UHGV virus genome: UHGV-1366171
DNA length: 64,000 bases
Source of the DNA: a virus
Reading direction: 5' to 3' (one strand)
Part shown: positions 17,572 to 26,478 of the stretch, one piece after another
How positions within the stretch are numbered: the stretch's first letter is position 1
Layout of the letters: each line of letters begins with the position of its first letter
Position numbers and translations under genes: made by a program
Notes under the pieces: model-generated
The model's database searches: none
What the model was told of the DNA's origin: nothing
Seen by the model: only the letters and a program-made list of their open reading frames with translations

Positions 17572-17733
17572 TATGTGGTTTAGGTATTTAATATCATTCA
17601 TTGATGTTTTAATGGTTTTTTGCCTGATATATTTTATGAATGGATTGTCCTGGGAAGATAATAAAGCCTCTATTTTAGGATTCGGAATAATGTTTTTCAG
17701 TTATATAGCGAGTATTGCTCTAATGTGGATATA
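17572..17733 (+). CDS. small two-TM membrane protein (53 aa)
   Basis: MWFRYLISFIDVLMVFCLIYF...; below ORF-track cutoff. Confidence 0.3.
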
Positions 17734-17743
17734 AGGCTTATTT

Positions 17744-17832
17744 TGGGCTATCGCCAAGCGGTTAAGGCACCGGGCTTTGACCCCGGAAGAGAAGGAACGC
17801 TCTTTACGCTGGTTCGAATCCAGCTAGCCCAG
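17744..17832 (+). tRNA. class II-type tRNA (long variable arm) with apparent UUG anticodon
   Basis: TGGGCTA-TC-GCC/AAGCGGTTAA/GGC-A-CCGGG/CTTTGAC/CCCGG-21 nt variable arm-GCTGG/TTCGAAT/CCAGC-TAGCCCA-G; T1-A72. Confidence 0.45.
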
Positions 17833-18054
17833 TTGGTTTCTGATTTTGGCATAGAAACTTTCTCCACCACCTACGGCGCAAGGCTGTGACAAAAGGAGAT
17901 TCAAATGCTCCGGGTGGTTTTGTCCGACTACTGTTTGAGGACGTAAAATAAAAGAACAGCGTGTAGATTGGCGGTAAGGCGATACGATTCTAAATACCGC
18001 ATGGTGCCTAAAGCAGCACGATAAATAATGCAAAAACGGGAGAAATCCCGTTAC

Positions 18055-18128
18055 GGATCATTAGCTCAGATGGTGAGAGCCGTTGCCTCATAAGCAGAAG
18101 GTCGTAGGTTCGAGTCCTACATGATCCA
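18055..18128 (+). tRNA. tRNA-Met/Ile2 (CAT)
   Basis: GGATCAT-TA-GCTC/AGATGGTGA/GAGC ... loop CTCATAA ... GTAGG/TTCGAGT/CCTAC-ATGATCC-A. Confidence 0.75.
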
Positions 18129-18187
18129 TTCCGCCATAGCTAGTACCCTTTGGCTGTCAGGTACGGCAGCGGCTATGGTAGGAACCA

Positions 18188-18270
18188 CGAGACGTAGCTA
18201 AATTGGCAGAGCACTGAAAGCCGGATACAACTATGTACAGAAGACGGCGGTTCGAATCCGCCCGTCTCGA
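18188..18270 (+). ncRNA. tRNA-like RNA: perfect acceptor (CGAGACG/CGTCTCG), D-arm and T-arm but no foldable anticodon arm
   Basis: 32-nt central segment CTGAAAGCCGGATACAACTATGTACAGAAGAC gives no 5-bp/7-nt anticodon hairpin. Confidence 0.4.
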
Positions 18271-18464
18271 TTTTACCACTTAGCAGGATGGGTATACCTG
18301 CTACGAAATCCTGTGAAAAAACTTTTCTAGAGAGATAAGACCAAAGGTCGTGAGGAGCAGTAGTCGGTGATTCTGGAAGATTCCCGGAAGTATGAGATGC
18401 AAAACGCCGTAAGTCTGTGGTACCTGCGACACGTTAATTGCATGGTGGTTTTATAAGGGAATAC

Positions 18465-18536
18465 GCCGATATAGTTCAATGGTAGAACGCTACACTTGTA
18501 ATGTAGATGCTATTGGTTCGAGTCCGATTATCGGCT
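18465..18536 (+). tRNA. tRNA-Thr (TGT)
   Basis: GCCGATA-TA-GTTC/AATGGTA/GAAC-G-CTACA/CTTGTAA/TGTAG-ATGCT-ATTGG/TTCGAGT/CCGAT-TATCGGC-T. Confidence 0.75.
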
Positions 18537-19026
18537 TTCGTATGGAGACTTGTGCAGATACCAATTCGCGGAATGGCAAACAGAAACTAGTGCTCTATAC
18601 GTAAATTACAGCAATTCAGATGGCCGGTACATCGGCGGCGCAATAAGCCGTGAATGGTTGCTGATAAGACTGAGATCCAGGAACTAAGGCGCGTATAATG
18701 TTGCCTGGAGGGAAAATATCAAATGGGTTTGGCCACCAGGAGATATGTTTTTCGGTAAAGTGCGGGGGTATTTTATCATGCTCAGTCTTTAATCTATCTG
18801 CCAAGTGCAGAAAAGGAATCCGGTTTTCGTATGACGATTACTGGTTTTAGCTCATGTACCAAGTGCACAAGGAGCATTCGACGCAGATGATGATAAAATA
18901 TGCGTTTGAGGTGAAAATCAACCTATGCAGTCTGCGGATTGCATAACCGTGATAGGCGATATTATATACCGGCATCGTTTGAAAAGAAATCCGAGTAAAA
19001 GCCAACTTTTCTTACCTTGTCGGTTC

Positions 19027-19100
19027 CGGGATGTAGCGTAGTTTGGTAACGCGCCTAATTTGGGATTAGGAGATCGTCGGTTCAAATCCGGCCATTCCGG
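19027..19100 (+). tRNA. tRNA-Pro (TGG)
   Basis: CGGGATG-TA-GCGT/AGTTTGGTA/ACGC-G-CCTAA/TTTGGGA/TTAGG-AGATC-GTCGG/TTCAAAT/CCGGC-CATTCCG-G; C1-G72 as in bacterial tRNA-Pro. Confidence 0.75.
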
Positions 19101-19289
19101 TTGCGGCAATGTACAAATGGCATGAAACGTGAGGATTGATTTGTATTCCATTTTATGAATTGCGTGGATTGCTGTTTCGTTGTACGCATAGTTCTGATTC
19201 AACATTCAAAGTTCGGTACGTGGCCGCACAGACAGGCAAATGCCAGATGTTGATTAGCCCCACACAGCCCTTGTGGACAAAAATGGGCA

Positions 19290-19451
19290 TGGATAGTGGC
19301 GGAAGTAGACGCTAAGGGCAAGCATACATAGGGAGAACAGCGTAAGCCGACTGCAGGGCAGTCAAAAAGGCCATAGCAGTAACCCTGAATTATACTAAGG
19401 GGTTATATTAGATTCGGGGTGTGCGTGTGGGTATCAAATCCCACCTATCCA
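19290..19451 (+). ncRNA. tRNA-like RNA with about 100-nt insertion in place of the anticodon/variable region
   Basis: perfect 7-bp acceptor TGGATAG/CTATCCA, D-arm-like GCG/GAAGTAGA/CGC, T-like arm GTGGG/TATCAAAT/CCCAC abutting 3' acceptor. Confidence 0.35.
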
Positions 19452-19501
19452 TTCCTTAGAACTGCAATCTGAGGAAATTTGTTTATTTTCTTTCAAAGGT
19501 T

Positions 19502-19621
19502 CTGGCAGAGGTTTCAATGGACGAAACGCTCATCCGCAGGCTAATAATACTTGGTAAATAGAAGCCATTCAAGGGGATGGCTTCCGGGGACAGAAATGGG
19601 GAGTTCGATTCTCCCCTGCCA
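19502..19621 (+). ncRNA. tRNA-like RNA with expanded centre (contains 8-bp hairpin GAAGCCAT/ATGGCTTC)
   Basis: perfect acceptor CTGGCAG/CTGCCAG, T-arm GGGAG/TTCGATT/CTCCC, D-like GTTTC/AATGGAC/GAAAC. Confidence 0.35.
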
Positions 19622-19874
19622 GATCGGGTGCATTGTTGTAGACAGCACTCATTTCATTACGCCAAGCCGCCTCACTATCGCTACGGTGGGGCGATATTTA
19701 AAGAGATAAATGAGGAGAATTAGATGGTGTCGCCGGTTATTAATCAGTGTTACATACAACATAGTGATTTGAGAAACTGTCAAAAAGAAATTCTAATTAC
19801 ATATCAAACATTGAACGGAGGAAGATTTGCAAAACAGGTTTTGTGTAATTATAGACGAGTGGAGAAGAAAATAA

Positions 19875-20051
19875 ATGGGAAAAGCAAAACGTAAACCAAG
19901 GCCACAGCCAGCAAGATGGTATTGGTGGGATAGCGATAATTGCTGGGATTGTAAAAATCGGAATAATTGCAATCAGTGCAAAAGAATGAAGCGGCAGAAG
20001 ACTTATAAACGTGAAAAAAAGGAGAGAAAGCAGAAGTATGAGCATGACTGA
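19875..20051 (+). CDS. hypothetical Lys/Cys/Trp-rich mini-protein (58 aa)
   Basis: MGKAKRKPRPQPARWYWWDSDNCWDCKNRNNCNQCKRMKRQ...; RBS GGAG. Confidence 0.25.
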   Translation: MGKAKRKPRPQPARWYWWDSDNCWDCKNRNNCNQCKRMKRQKTYKREKKERKQKYEHD

Positions 20052-20295
20052 AATTATAGATGGTATGACACATGAAATGGTGGGAAGCGATAGTTTTGAA
20101 CAATTTATGAATAGACCATTACCTCATAACGGACAGGCGTACATACAGAGGGATTATAAAACTGGAAAAGATTATATTTGTTGTCCTTTCTGCGGAAAGA
20201 AGAACTTTCCATTAACGCCCGGAGCGCATATCACAGGGCAGAAGTTTAAGTGCAAGGGATCAAATTGCCGGGAGATTTTTGAGGTGAATGTATGA
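20038..20295 (+). CDS. hypothetical Zn-ribbon protein
   Basis: CCPFCGKK...CKGSNC; RBS AAAAAGGAGAGAAAG. Confidence 0.45.
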   Translation: MSMTEIIDGMTHEMVGSDSFEQFMNRPLPHNGQAYIQRDYKTGKDYICCPFCGKKNFPLTPGAHITGQKFKCKGSNCREIFEVNV

Positions 20296-20531
20296 ACAAG
20301 AAAGTGATAGGAATTGTACTGATTTTGGCAATCTGCTTTGGATTGACGGGGTGCATAAAAGGAAATAGACTAGAAAACCAAGAAAACACATCTTGGTATG
20401 GCATATTAAATGATGGTTCTTGCTTTGTATATACATTTAAAGATGAAGAAACGGGAGTATGGTACATTTCAACATCTGAAGGCATCACGCCAAGATTGAA
20501 CGCAGATGGAACATTGTATGTGAGTGAATGA
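20292..20531 (+). CDS. small lipoprotein
   Basis: signal peptide MNKKVIGIVLILAICFGLTGC (lipobox LTGC). Confidence 0.55.
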   Translation: MNKKVIGIVLILAICFGLTGCIKGNRLENQENTSWYGILNDGSCFVYTFKDEETGVWYISTSEGITPRLNADGTLYVSE

Positions 20532-20577
20532 ACCTGTAAGGATTTCTTACAAGTTGGGAGGAAAAGATAAAAGCCCG

Positions 20578-20739
20578 TTATTTTCCAACGGACTTTAAAT
20601 ACATATCAATAGCTTTATCAAGTAATTTGCTTATGGGAATAGATGTTTCTTCCGAATAAGATTTTAAACGAGAATATAGTTCTTTATCAATAGCGTTAGA
20701 TATTGCTATGCGATTTTTTAAACCACGATTTTCTTGCAT
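20578..20739 (-). CDS. ribbon-helix-helix regulator (paralog 2), 53 aa
   Basis: MQENRGLKNRIAISNAIDKELYSRLKSY... about 70% identical to the 10503..10664 product; RBS AGGAGG. Confidence 0.6.
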   Translation of the reverse strand: MQENRGLKNRIAISNAIDKELYSRLKSYSEETSIPISKLLDKAIDMYLKSVGK

Positions 20740-20775
20740 ATAGAATCCTCCTTTGATTTGATAATTATATCATAT

Positions 20776-20830
20776 CTTTCAACTACTTGCAATTCAGTTT
20801 TAAATATGATATACTACAAGCAGTTGAAAG
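20776..20830 (+). promoter_or_regulatory. promoter (TTGCAA-N17-TATACT) bracketed by 14-bp inverted repeat CTTTCAACTACTTG / CAAGCAGTTGAAAG
   Basis: 13/14 complementary arms flanking -35 and -10; operator-like. Confidence 0.5.
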
Positions 20831-20856
20831 TAGTATTCTAAAAGGAATGTGGTTTA

Positions 20857-22056
20857 ATGAATGAAGAAGATAAGGGAGACCAAGAAAGGATGCTAAAGAG
20901 TTACAAGACGGAAATCAATCCAACTATGGAACAAATACATAAAATCAATAAAACAATTGGCACTTGCCGTTTTGTATACAACTTTTATCTTGCCCGCAAC
21001 AAAGAAGTTTATGAAAAAGAGAAGAAATTTGTATCTGGAATGGAGTTCTCAAAATGGCTAAATAATGTTTATTTAAAAGAGAATCCAGAGTATGTATGGA
21101 TAAAAGAGGTTAGCACAAAATCGGTAAAACAAAGCATTATGAATTCCGAAAGATCTTTTAAGAGATTCTTCAAAGGACAGTCCGGTTTTCCTAAATTCAA
21201 GAAGAAAGGAAAATCGGATGTAAAAATGTATTTTATGAAAACAAATTCTCAGACAATAATAACATGCGAAAGACACCGAATCAAAATATCGACACTCGGA
21301 TGGGTTAGATTAAAAGAAAAGGGATATATTCCTTGGGATTCAAATACTTACATTATCAAGAGTGGTACTGTTTCTTGTAGAGCTGGACGATATTATGTAT
21401 CAGTCTTGGTTGAGCAACCAGAAAGAGAAAGACTACAATTACAAGATTTTGGATTTGGAATTGACCTTGGTGTTAAAAATTTTGCGGTTATAAGCAATGG
21501 GCTTGTAAAGAAAAACATCAATAAAACAAATAAGGTAAAAAAATTAGAAAAACAACTAAAACGAGAACAACGGTGTCTTTCTAGGAAATACGAAAGTTTA
21601 AAGAAGAATAATAAGAAAGGAGAGTCTTCCAGAGAAAATATTCAAAAACAAATATTAAAGGTGAAAAGGCTTTATTGCAGGATAGACAATATCCGCACTG
21701 ACTACATCAATAAAACAATAGCTGAGATTGTGAAAACCAAACCATCTTATATCGCTGTTGAAGATTTGAATGTATCAGGTATGATGAAGAACAGGCATCT
21801 TTCGAAGGCTGTTGCATCACAAAAATTTTATGAATTTAGAGTGAAATTGGAAGCAAAATGCAAAGAATATGGAATTGAATTGAGAATTGTAGACAGATGG
21901 TATCCATCCAGTAAACTTTGCCATGAATGTGGTTGTATCAGGAAAGACTTAAAACTTTCTGACAGAGAATATGTGTGCGAATGTGGATATCATGCAGATA
22001 GAGATTATAATGCAAGTCTTAATTTAAGAGATGCCACATCCTACAAAGTAGCATAA
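20857..22056 (+). CDS. tnpB: TnpB (IS200/IS605-family OrfB, RuvC-like + C-terminal zinc finger)
   Basis: N-terminal OrfB_IS605 region (KTEINPT...GTCRFVYN), C-terminal CHECGC...CECGYHADRDYNASLNL zinc finger. Confidence 0.8.
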   Translation: MNEEDKGDQERMLKSYKTEINPTMEQIHKINKTIGTCRFVYNFYLARNKEVYEKEKKFVSGMEFSKWLNNVYLKENPEYVWIKEVSTKSVKQSIMNSERSFKRFFKGQSGFPKFKKKGKSDVKMYFMKTNSQTIITCERHRIKISTLGWVRLKEKGYIPWDSNTYIIKSGTVSCRAGRYYVSVLVEQPERERLQLQDFGFGIDLGVKNFAVISNGLVKKNINKTNKVKKLEKQLKREQRCLSRKYESLKKNNKKGESSRENIQKQILKVKRLYCRIDNIRTDYINKTIAEIVKTKPSYIAVEDLNVSGMMKNRHLSKAVASQKFYEFRVKLEAKCKEYGIELRIVDRWYPSSKLCHECGCIRKDLKLSDREYVCECGYHADRDYNASLNLRDATSYKVA

Positions 22057-22421
22057 ACAAGCATTTGCAGGTATGTACCGATGGCTAGTCGGGAATTGAC
22101 GACTGTGGAGTGTACAAGAACTTGTGAGTAGTATCTGTATTTACTCAGGGCGAAAGCATATACAGAGAAGCAGTAAGAAATGTTCGCAAGAACTTTCAAT
22201 ATCTCGATATGGATATCTTTGTTCATATTTTGAGTAGCAGCCAAGCGTAAGCGGAGATTGAAAAATTTTTATATTCACAGAATCGAGATGAAAAAATGTA
22301 AAACAAGCAAAATCTTCTATGTAAATAGAAATAGAAGTTAAGTAAAATAAGATGAAATAGTAAAATGAGAGTCATTTGAGAGCCAAATTTCTTACTAAGT
22401 AGGGAAGGAGGCTCTTTTGTT

Positions 22422-24131
22422 TTGCGAGAAGGAACGCTTGAATGGTACAAAAAAATTTTTTCGGAAATCTTAAAAGACGACATGACACAATACCAAAACC
22501 AAATAGATAGCTGGCAGCTTCTTTTGAATATGAAGCAAGATTTAGGTTTTGAGGATAAAGAAATTCGTGATTATGCTATGAAGATCAGCCAGTACACACA
22601 CAAGATGGCTGACTATGTAGCAGGGCAGACGGGAAGCGGAAAGTTTAATGATTTGTACTATAAATTGTTATTGTTGGAAGCTCAAAATTATCAAGTGGAT
22701 AGCGGACTTCTATATCTGGAAAAAAATAGAGTTCCCAAGGAACGATTTTATGAGCCGCGCCGAGAGGTTTTTATAAAGCACCAAATTATCCAGTCATTAC
22801 AGGATTTGATGGATGATAAACTTGATATTTTTGCTTTGAGCGTTCCACCGGGTTGTGGTAAATCAACTCTGGAAGATTTTTTCTTATCCCTTGTTGGTGG
22901 ATGGTTCCCAAATGATTTTAACCTATCCTCAGCGCATAGTAGCATTTTGACCCATTCCCTTTATGATGGCGTATTGGAAATTATAAATGACCCGGTAGAG
23001 TATACATGGCATGAAATATTTCCTAATGTAAAGCTGACTGGAACAAATGCTAAGGAAACCACAGTAAACCTCGAAAGGAATGGGCGATTTAAAACATGGA
23101 CTTTTCGTTCCATAGATGGTTCGTTGACGGGAGCCACAAGATGTAATCGTTTTTTGACAGCAGATGACTTGGTATCTGGAATTGAAGAAGCACTGAACAA
23201 GTCACGCCTGGAAACACTTTGGACAAAGGTTGTGAATGATCTTCGTTCCAGACGACTTGAAGGGTGTAAAGAAATCTATATTGCCACAAGATGGTCTGTC
23301 CATGACCCGATTGGAAAACTACAACAGCTATATGAAGGAAATCCCAAAGCCAGATTTATTGCGGTTCCGGCTTTGAACGAAGATGGCGAGAGTAACTTCA
23401 TGTTTGCGGTGAATGGATTTTCAAAGAAATACTTCATGGACGCTAAGGAATCTATGGATGATCTATCCTTTAAATGCCTGTATCAGCAACAGCCGATTGA
23501 GCGAGAGGGATTACTATTTCCTACAGATGAACTGCGCCGCTTTTTCTTCAATCGGGAGCAAGTACCGGAAAAGCAGACAGAGTTTATTATTATGCCAGAG
23601 CGGACGCCTGATGCTATATGGGCGGTGTGCGATACAAAGGATACAGGAGCGGATTTTGAATCTTTACCGATTGCATATCAATTTGGAGAAGATTTTTTTA
23701 TACCGGATGTAGTATTTGATGACACAACAGATTATGACACATTGGATATGAAATCCGCTAATATTTTGATTCGACACAATCCCCATAAGATAAGGTTTGA
23801 ATCAAATAGTGCAGGAGGCAGAGTCGCGCATAATGTTCAAAAATTGATAGATGGAAAATGTCGAGCACAGATCGAGCCTGAGAGAACACAAGCGAACAAA
23901 GAAACCAAAATATTAGTCAATTCTGATTGGATTAAAAAACACTGTATATTTTTAGACCCAAGTTTATATACGCCAAAATCAGACTATGGTTTGTTCATGG
24001 AAAATGTGGTTACATATACAGTCAAAGTTAAGCCGCCACATGATGATGGGCCAGACTCTCTGGCAATGCTTGCAGAATATGTAGCAAGGCCAGTGCAAAA
24101 ACCAACAACAATAATCAATAGTCCGATTTGA
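22422..24131 (+). CDS. terminase large subunit
   Basis: TTG start with RBS GGAAGGAGG; ATPase region SVPPGCGKST; 569 aa typical TerL size and position before portal. Confidence 0.7.
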   Translation: MREGTLEWYKKIFSEILKDDMTQYQNQIDSWQLLLNMKQDLGFEDKEIRDYAMKISQYTHKMADYVAGQTGSGKFNDLYYKLLLLEAQNYQVDSGLLYLEKNRVPKERFYEPRREVFIKHQIIQSLQDLMDDKLDIFALSVPPGCGKSTLEDFFLSLVGGWFPNDFNLSSAHSSILTHSLYDGVLEIINDPVEYTWHEIFPNVKLTGTNAKETTVNLERNGRFKTWTFRSIDGSLTGATRCNRFLTADDLVSGIEEALNKSRLETLWTKVVNDLRSRRLEGCKEIYIATRWSVHDPIGKLQQLYEGNPKARFIAVPALNEDGESNFMFAVNGFSKKYFMDAKESMDDLSFKCLYQQQPIEREGLLFPTDELRRFFFNREQVPEKQTEFIIMPERTPDAIWAVCDTKDTGADFESLPIAYQFGEDFFIPDVVFDDTTDYDTLDMKSANILIRHNPHKIRFESNSAGGRVAHNVQKLIDGKCRAQIEPERTQANKETKILVNSDWIKKHCIFLDPSLYTPKSDYGLFMENVVTYTVKVKPPHDDGPDSLAMLAEYVARPVQKPTTIINSPI

Positions 24132-24149
24132 TTAAGAGGAGTGATATAG

Positions 24150-24563
24150 ATGGATAAAAGAAAATCAAGTTTAAAAAATTACGGAATTTCTAGTAAGCGT
24201 TATAAAGAACTTTGCGGATTTTGTGAGCAATATCCAGAATGGAAGGAAGAATTGGCATATAATGTGAATACTGTAAAAAGCCAACAAATAGGTAATGTTT
24301 CTTATGGAAGTAAAAATAATATAAGTAATAAGACAGCCGATCTTGCATTGAAACGAGTGTTTTTGCAAAAAAAAGTGGACTTGATAGAAAAGACAGCTAA
24401 GGATGCGGCAGGGGAATTATGGAATGAAATCATTAAATCGGCATGTTATGAGCAACCGTTCTGGTATCTTAGAGATATTTCAGAAATACCGATCAGTCGG
24501 TCAGCTTTTTATGATTATAGGCGGTATTTTTTCTTTTTGTTGAATCAACGAAAAGATACATAA
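24150..24563 (+). CDS. hypothetical protein between TerL and portal
   Basis: ORF with RBS AGAGGAG. Confidence 0.4.
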   Translation: MDKRKSSLKNYGISSKRYKELCGFCEQYPEWKEELAYNVNTVKSQQIGNVSYGSKNNISNKTADLALKRVFLQKKVDLIEKTAKDAAGELWNEIIKSACYEQPFWYLRDISEIPISRSAFYDYRRYFFFLLNQRKDT

Positions 24564-24629
24564 AAATGAGTACCAACGATGTTTAAAATGATGGTATAAT
24601 GATATTATCAAATATTACAAATAAAAGAA

Positions 24630-24665
24630 AGCACTTGGCGAGTCCAGGTGCTTTTTGTTGGAAAT
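24630..24665 (+). terminator. Rho-independent terminator
   Basis: AAAGCACTTGGCGAGTCCAGGTGCTTTTTG. Confidence 0.55.
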
Positions 24666-24822
24666 TGTAAAAGTGGAAAAAACAAGAGAAAACAGATTGA
24701 AAGATTATAGAAGAATAAAAGGAAAGAAATGGGTAGACATACCAACCAAATTTGAAAAGCGTGTGTCGGGTTCCGGGGTCCAATTTGGCGGAAAGTATGT
24801 AAAAACATAATGGGTGGTAAGA

Positions 24823-26343
24823 ATGAAACTTGCAGGAAGAAGAAAGATATTAACAGATGAAAAACAAATAACAGAAAAAAATATTATTCCTGTTCTTCAA
24901 AAAGCATATTCTAAGCATCGGATAAACGCCTGCGAAATGCAATTTCTTATAGATTATGAAATTGGTGTGCAGCCATTACCATACCATAAAATTGTGCGCC
25001 CAGAAATAAATATCCAAACTACCGACAATATGGCTAACTATGTGACAGAGTTTAAGAAGGGATATTTTTGGGGGATTCCTCCTATTTATACGCAGAGAGG
25101 AAATCAAGAACCGCATGATACAGATGAGGATATAGACAGTTCCGGGATTTCAGCTTTAAATGAAATGATGCTGAATGGAATTTGCATAGGTGCAGAAAAT
25201 CAGAAATTAGCAGATTTTGTGGAAAAAACAGGTATAGGGCATAGGTTGATTGGTGTTAAAACAGAATGGGAAGATGAAAAAATTCAGAGTTCCTATGTAA
25301 ATGTCAACACTTTGGATTCCAGATTTGCCTTTTGTGTCTATCATAATGGTGTCGGGCAAAAGAAGGTTTTGGGTGTCACCTATGTTAAAAGTGGGACAAA
25401 GAATTTGTTTACCTGTTTTACTGACAAGCAGCGGTTTGAGATTGAGGCAGGGAAAATTGTAGATATCCGGGCAAATCTGCTGGGCATGATTCCAGTTGTG
25501 GAATATGAACGCGCGGTTGATAGGACAGGTTGCTTTGAGCGGCAAATTGACCTTATGGACAACCTCAATTCCTTGGTGTCAAGCGTAGCGAATGATGCAG
25601 TGCAGCGAACGCAAGAAATCTGGTGGGCGCATAACACGGACTTTCCAGTAAACCCAGAAACGGGAGAGGAGGTTACTCCTAAGAGCGGACAATGGGTGAA
25701 AACGTATAGCGCAGAAGGGAAAGACGCAAAGATAGCTCCTTTGTCGAGCACATTGGATTCGGCTCCGGTTTTAGAGAATATCACAACGACACGCAATGAG
25801 ATTTTGAAAAGGTGTTTTGTTCCAATGCAATACTCATCCGAAGGAGGAGGAAGTACCGGGATAGCCACGGACACTATGTCGGGATGGAACGCTACAGCAG
25901 TTGACGCGGCTAGGGAAGAACAGCTTGTACAGGGCGCAGCCAGAGAAGAACTAAAATTGATATTGCGGGCAATAAGTTTTGCGTCAACAGATAAATTGCC
26001 ATCGGATAATCCTTTGAGGAAAATTCATCATACTGATATTAATATCCACTTCGTCAGACAGAAAAATTATGACTTGAATAGTAAAATAAATGCAAGCGCA
26101 GCGGCAGTCAATATAGGCGTACATCCTAGATGGGCGTTACAGATGGGCGGCGGCGTGTGGCCGGATATTGAGCAAGTATGGCTTGATAGCAAGGATACTA
26201 TGGAAGCATACCAGAAGTCTTTGTTTGACAAGGATAAGGAAAATGAAGCACCAGAACGGCTGACACAGGATGAATCAGACCAGACAGAAAATAGCCCTGG
26301 TGTAGATGGGATGCAAACAAATAATTCAAAGCAAATAGTTTAA
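24823..26343 (+). CDS. portal protein
   Basis: about 500 aa after TerL; acidic C-terminus; SPP1-type portal size; ATG with GGGTGG RBS (alt GTG 24814). Confidence 0.6.
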   Translation: MKLAGRRKILTDEKQITEKNIIPVLQKAYSKHRINACEMQFLIDYEIGVQPLPYHKIVRPEINIQTTDNMANYVTEFKKGYFWGIPPIYTQRGNQEPHDTDEDIDSSGISALNEMMLNGICIGAENQKLADFVEKTGIGHRLIGVKTEWEDEKIQSSYVNVNTLDSRFAFCVYHNGVGQKKVLGVTYVKSGTKNLFTCFTDKQRFEIEAGKIVDIRANLLGMIPVVEYERAVDRTGCFERQIDLMDNLNSLVSSVANDAVQRTQEIWWAHNTDFPVNPETGEEVTPKSGQWVKTYSAEGKDAKIAPLSSTLDSAPVLENITTTRNEILKRCFVPMQYSSEGGGSTGIATDTMSGWNATAVDAAREEQLVQGAAREELKLILRAISFASTDKLPSDNPLRKIHHTDINIHFVRQKNYDLNSKINASAAAVNIGVHPRWALQMGGGVWPDIEQVWLDSKDTMEAYQKSLFDKDKENEAPERLTQDESDQTENSPGVDGMQTNNSKQIV

Positions 26344-26478
26344 TTACAGTCGGGAAACCGGCTGTTTTTATATGCCCCAGAGAAGGGGCTATACAAATAT
26401 CGCAAACGGTAGAGAAACCGTAAAACGCAAAATAAGGAAGACAGAGAAGTCTATAATCGCAGAAAGGTAGGAATTTAT

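Larger units (their letters stand above)
20745..22240 (+). mobile_element. solo-tnpB IS605/IS607-like unit with structured 3' non-coding tail (candidate omega-RNA/right end)
   Basis: no HUH tnpA; ATATCTTTC motif near both ends (20771, about 22214); 365-nt non-coding tail before TerL. Confidence 0.4.

Noticed and set aside
25207-25874. 112- and 164-aa minus ORFs
   Set aside because: Inside the portal gene on the opposite strand; no start signals
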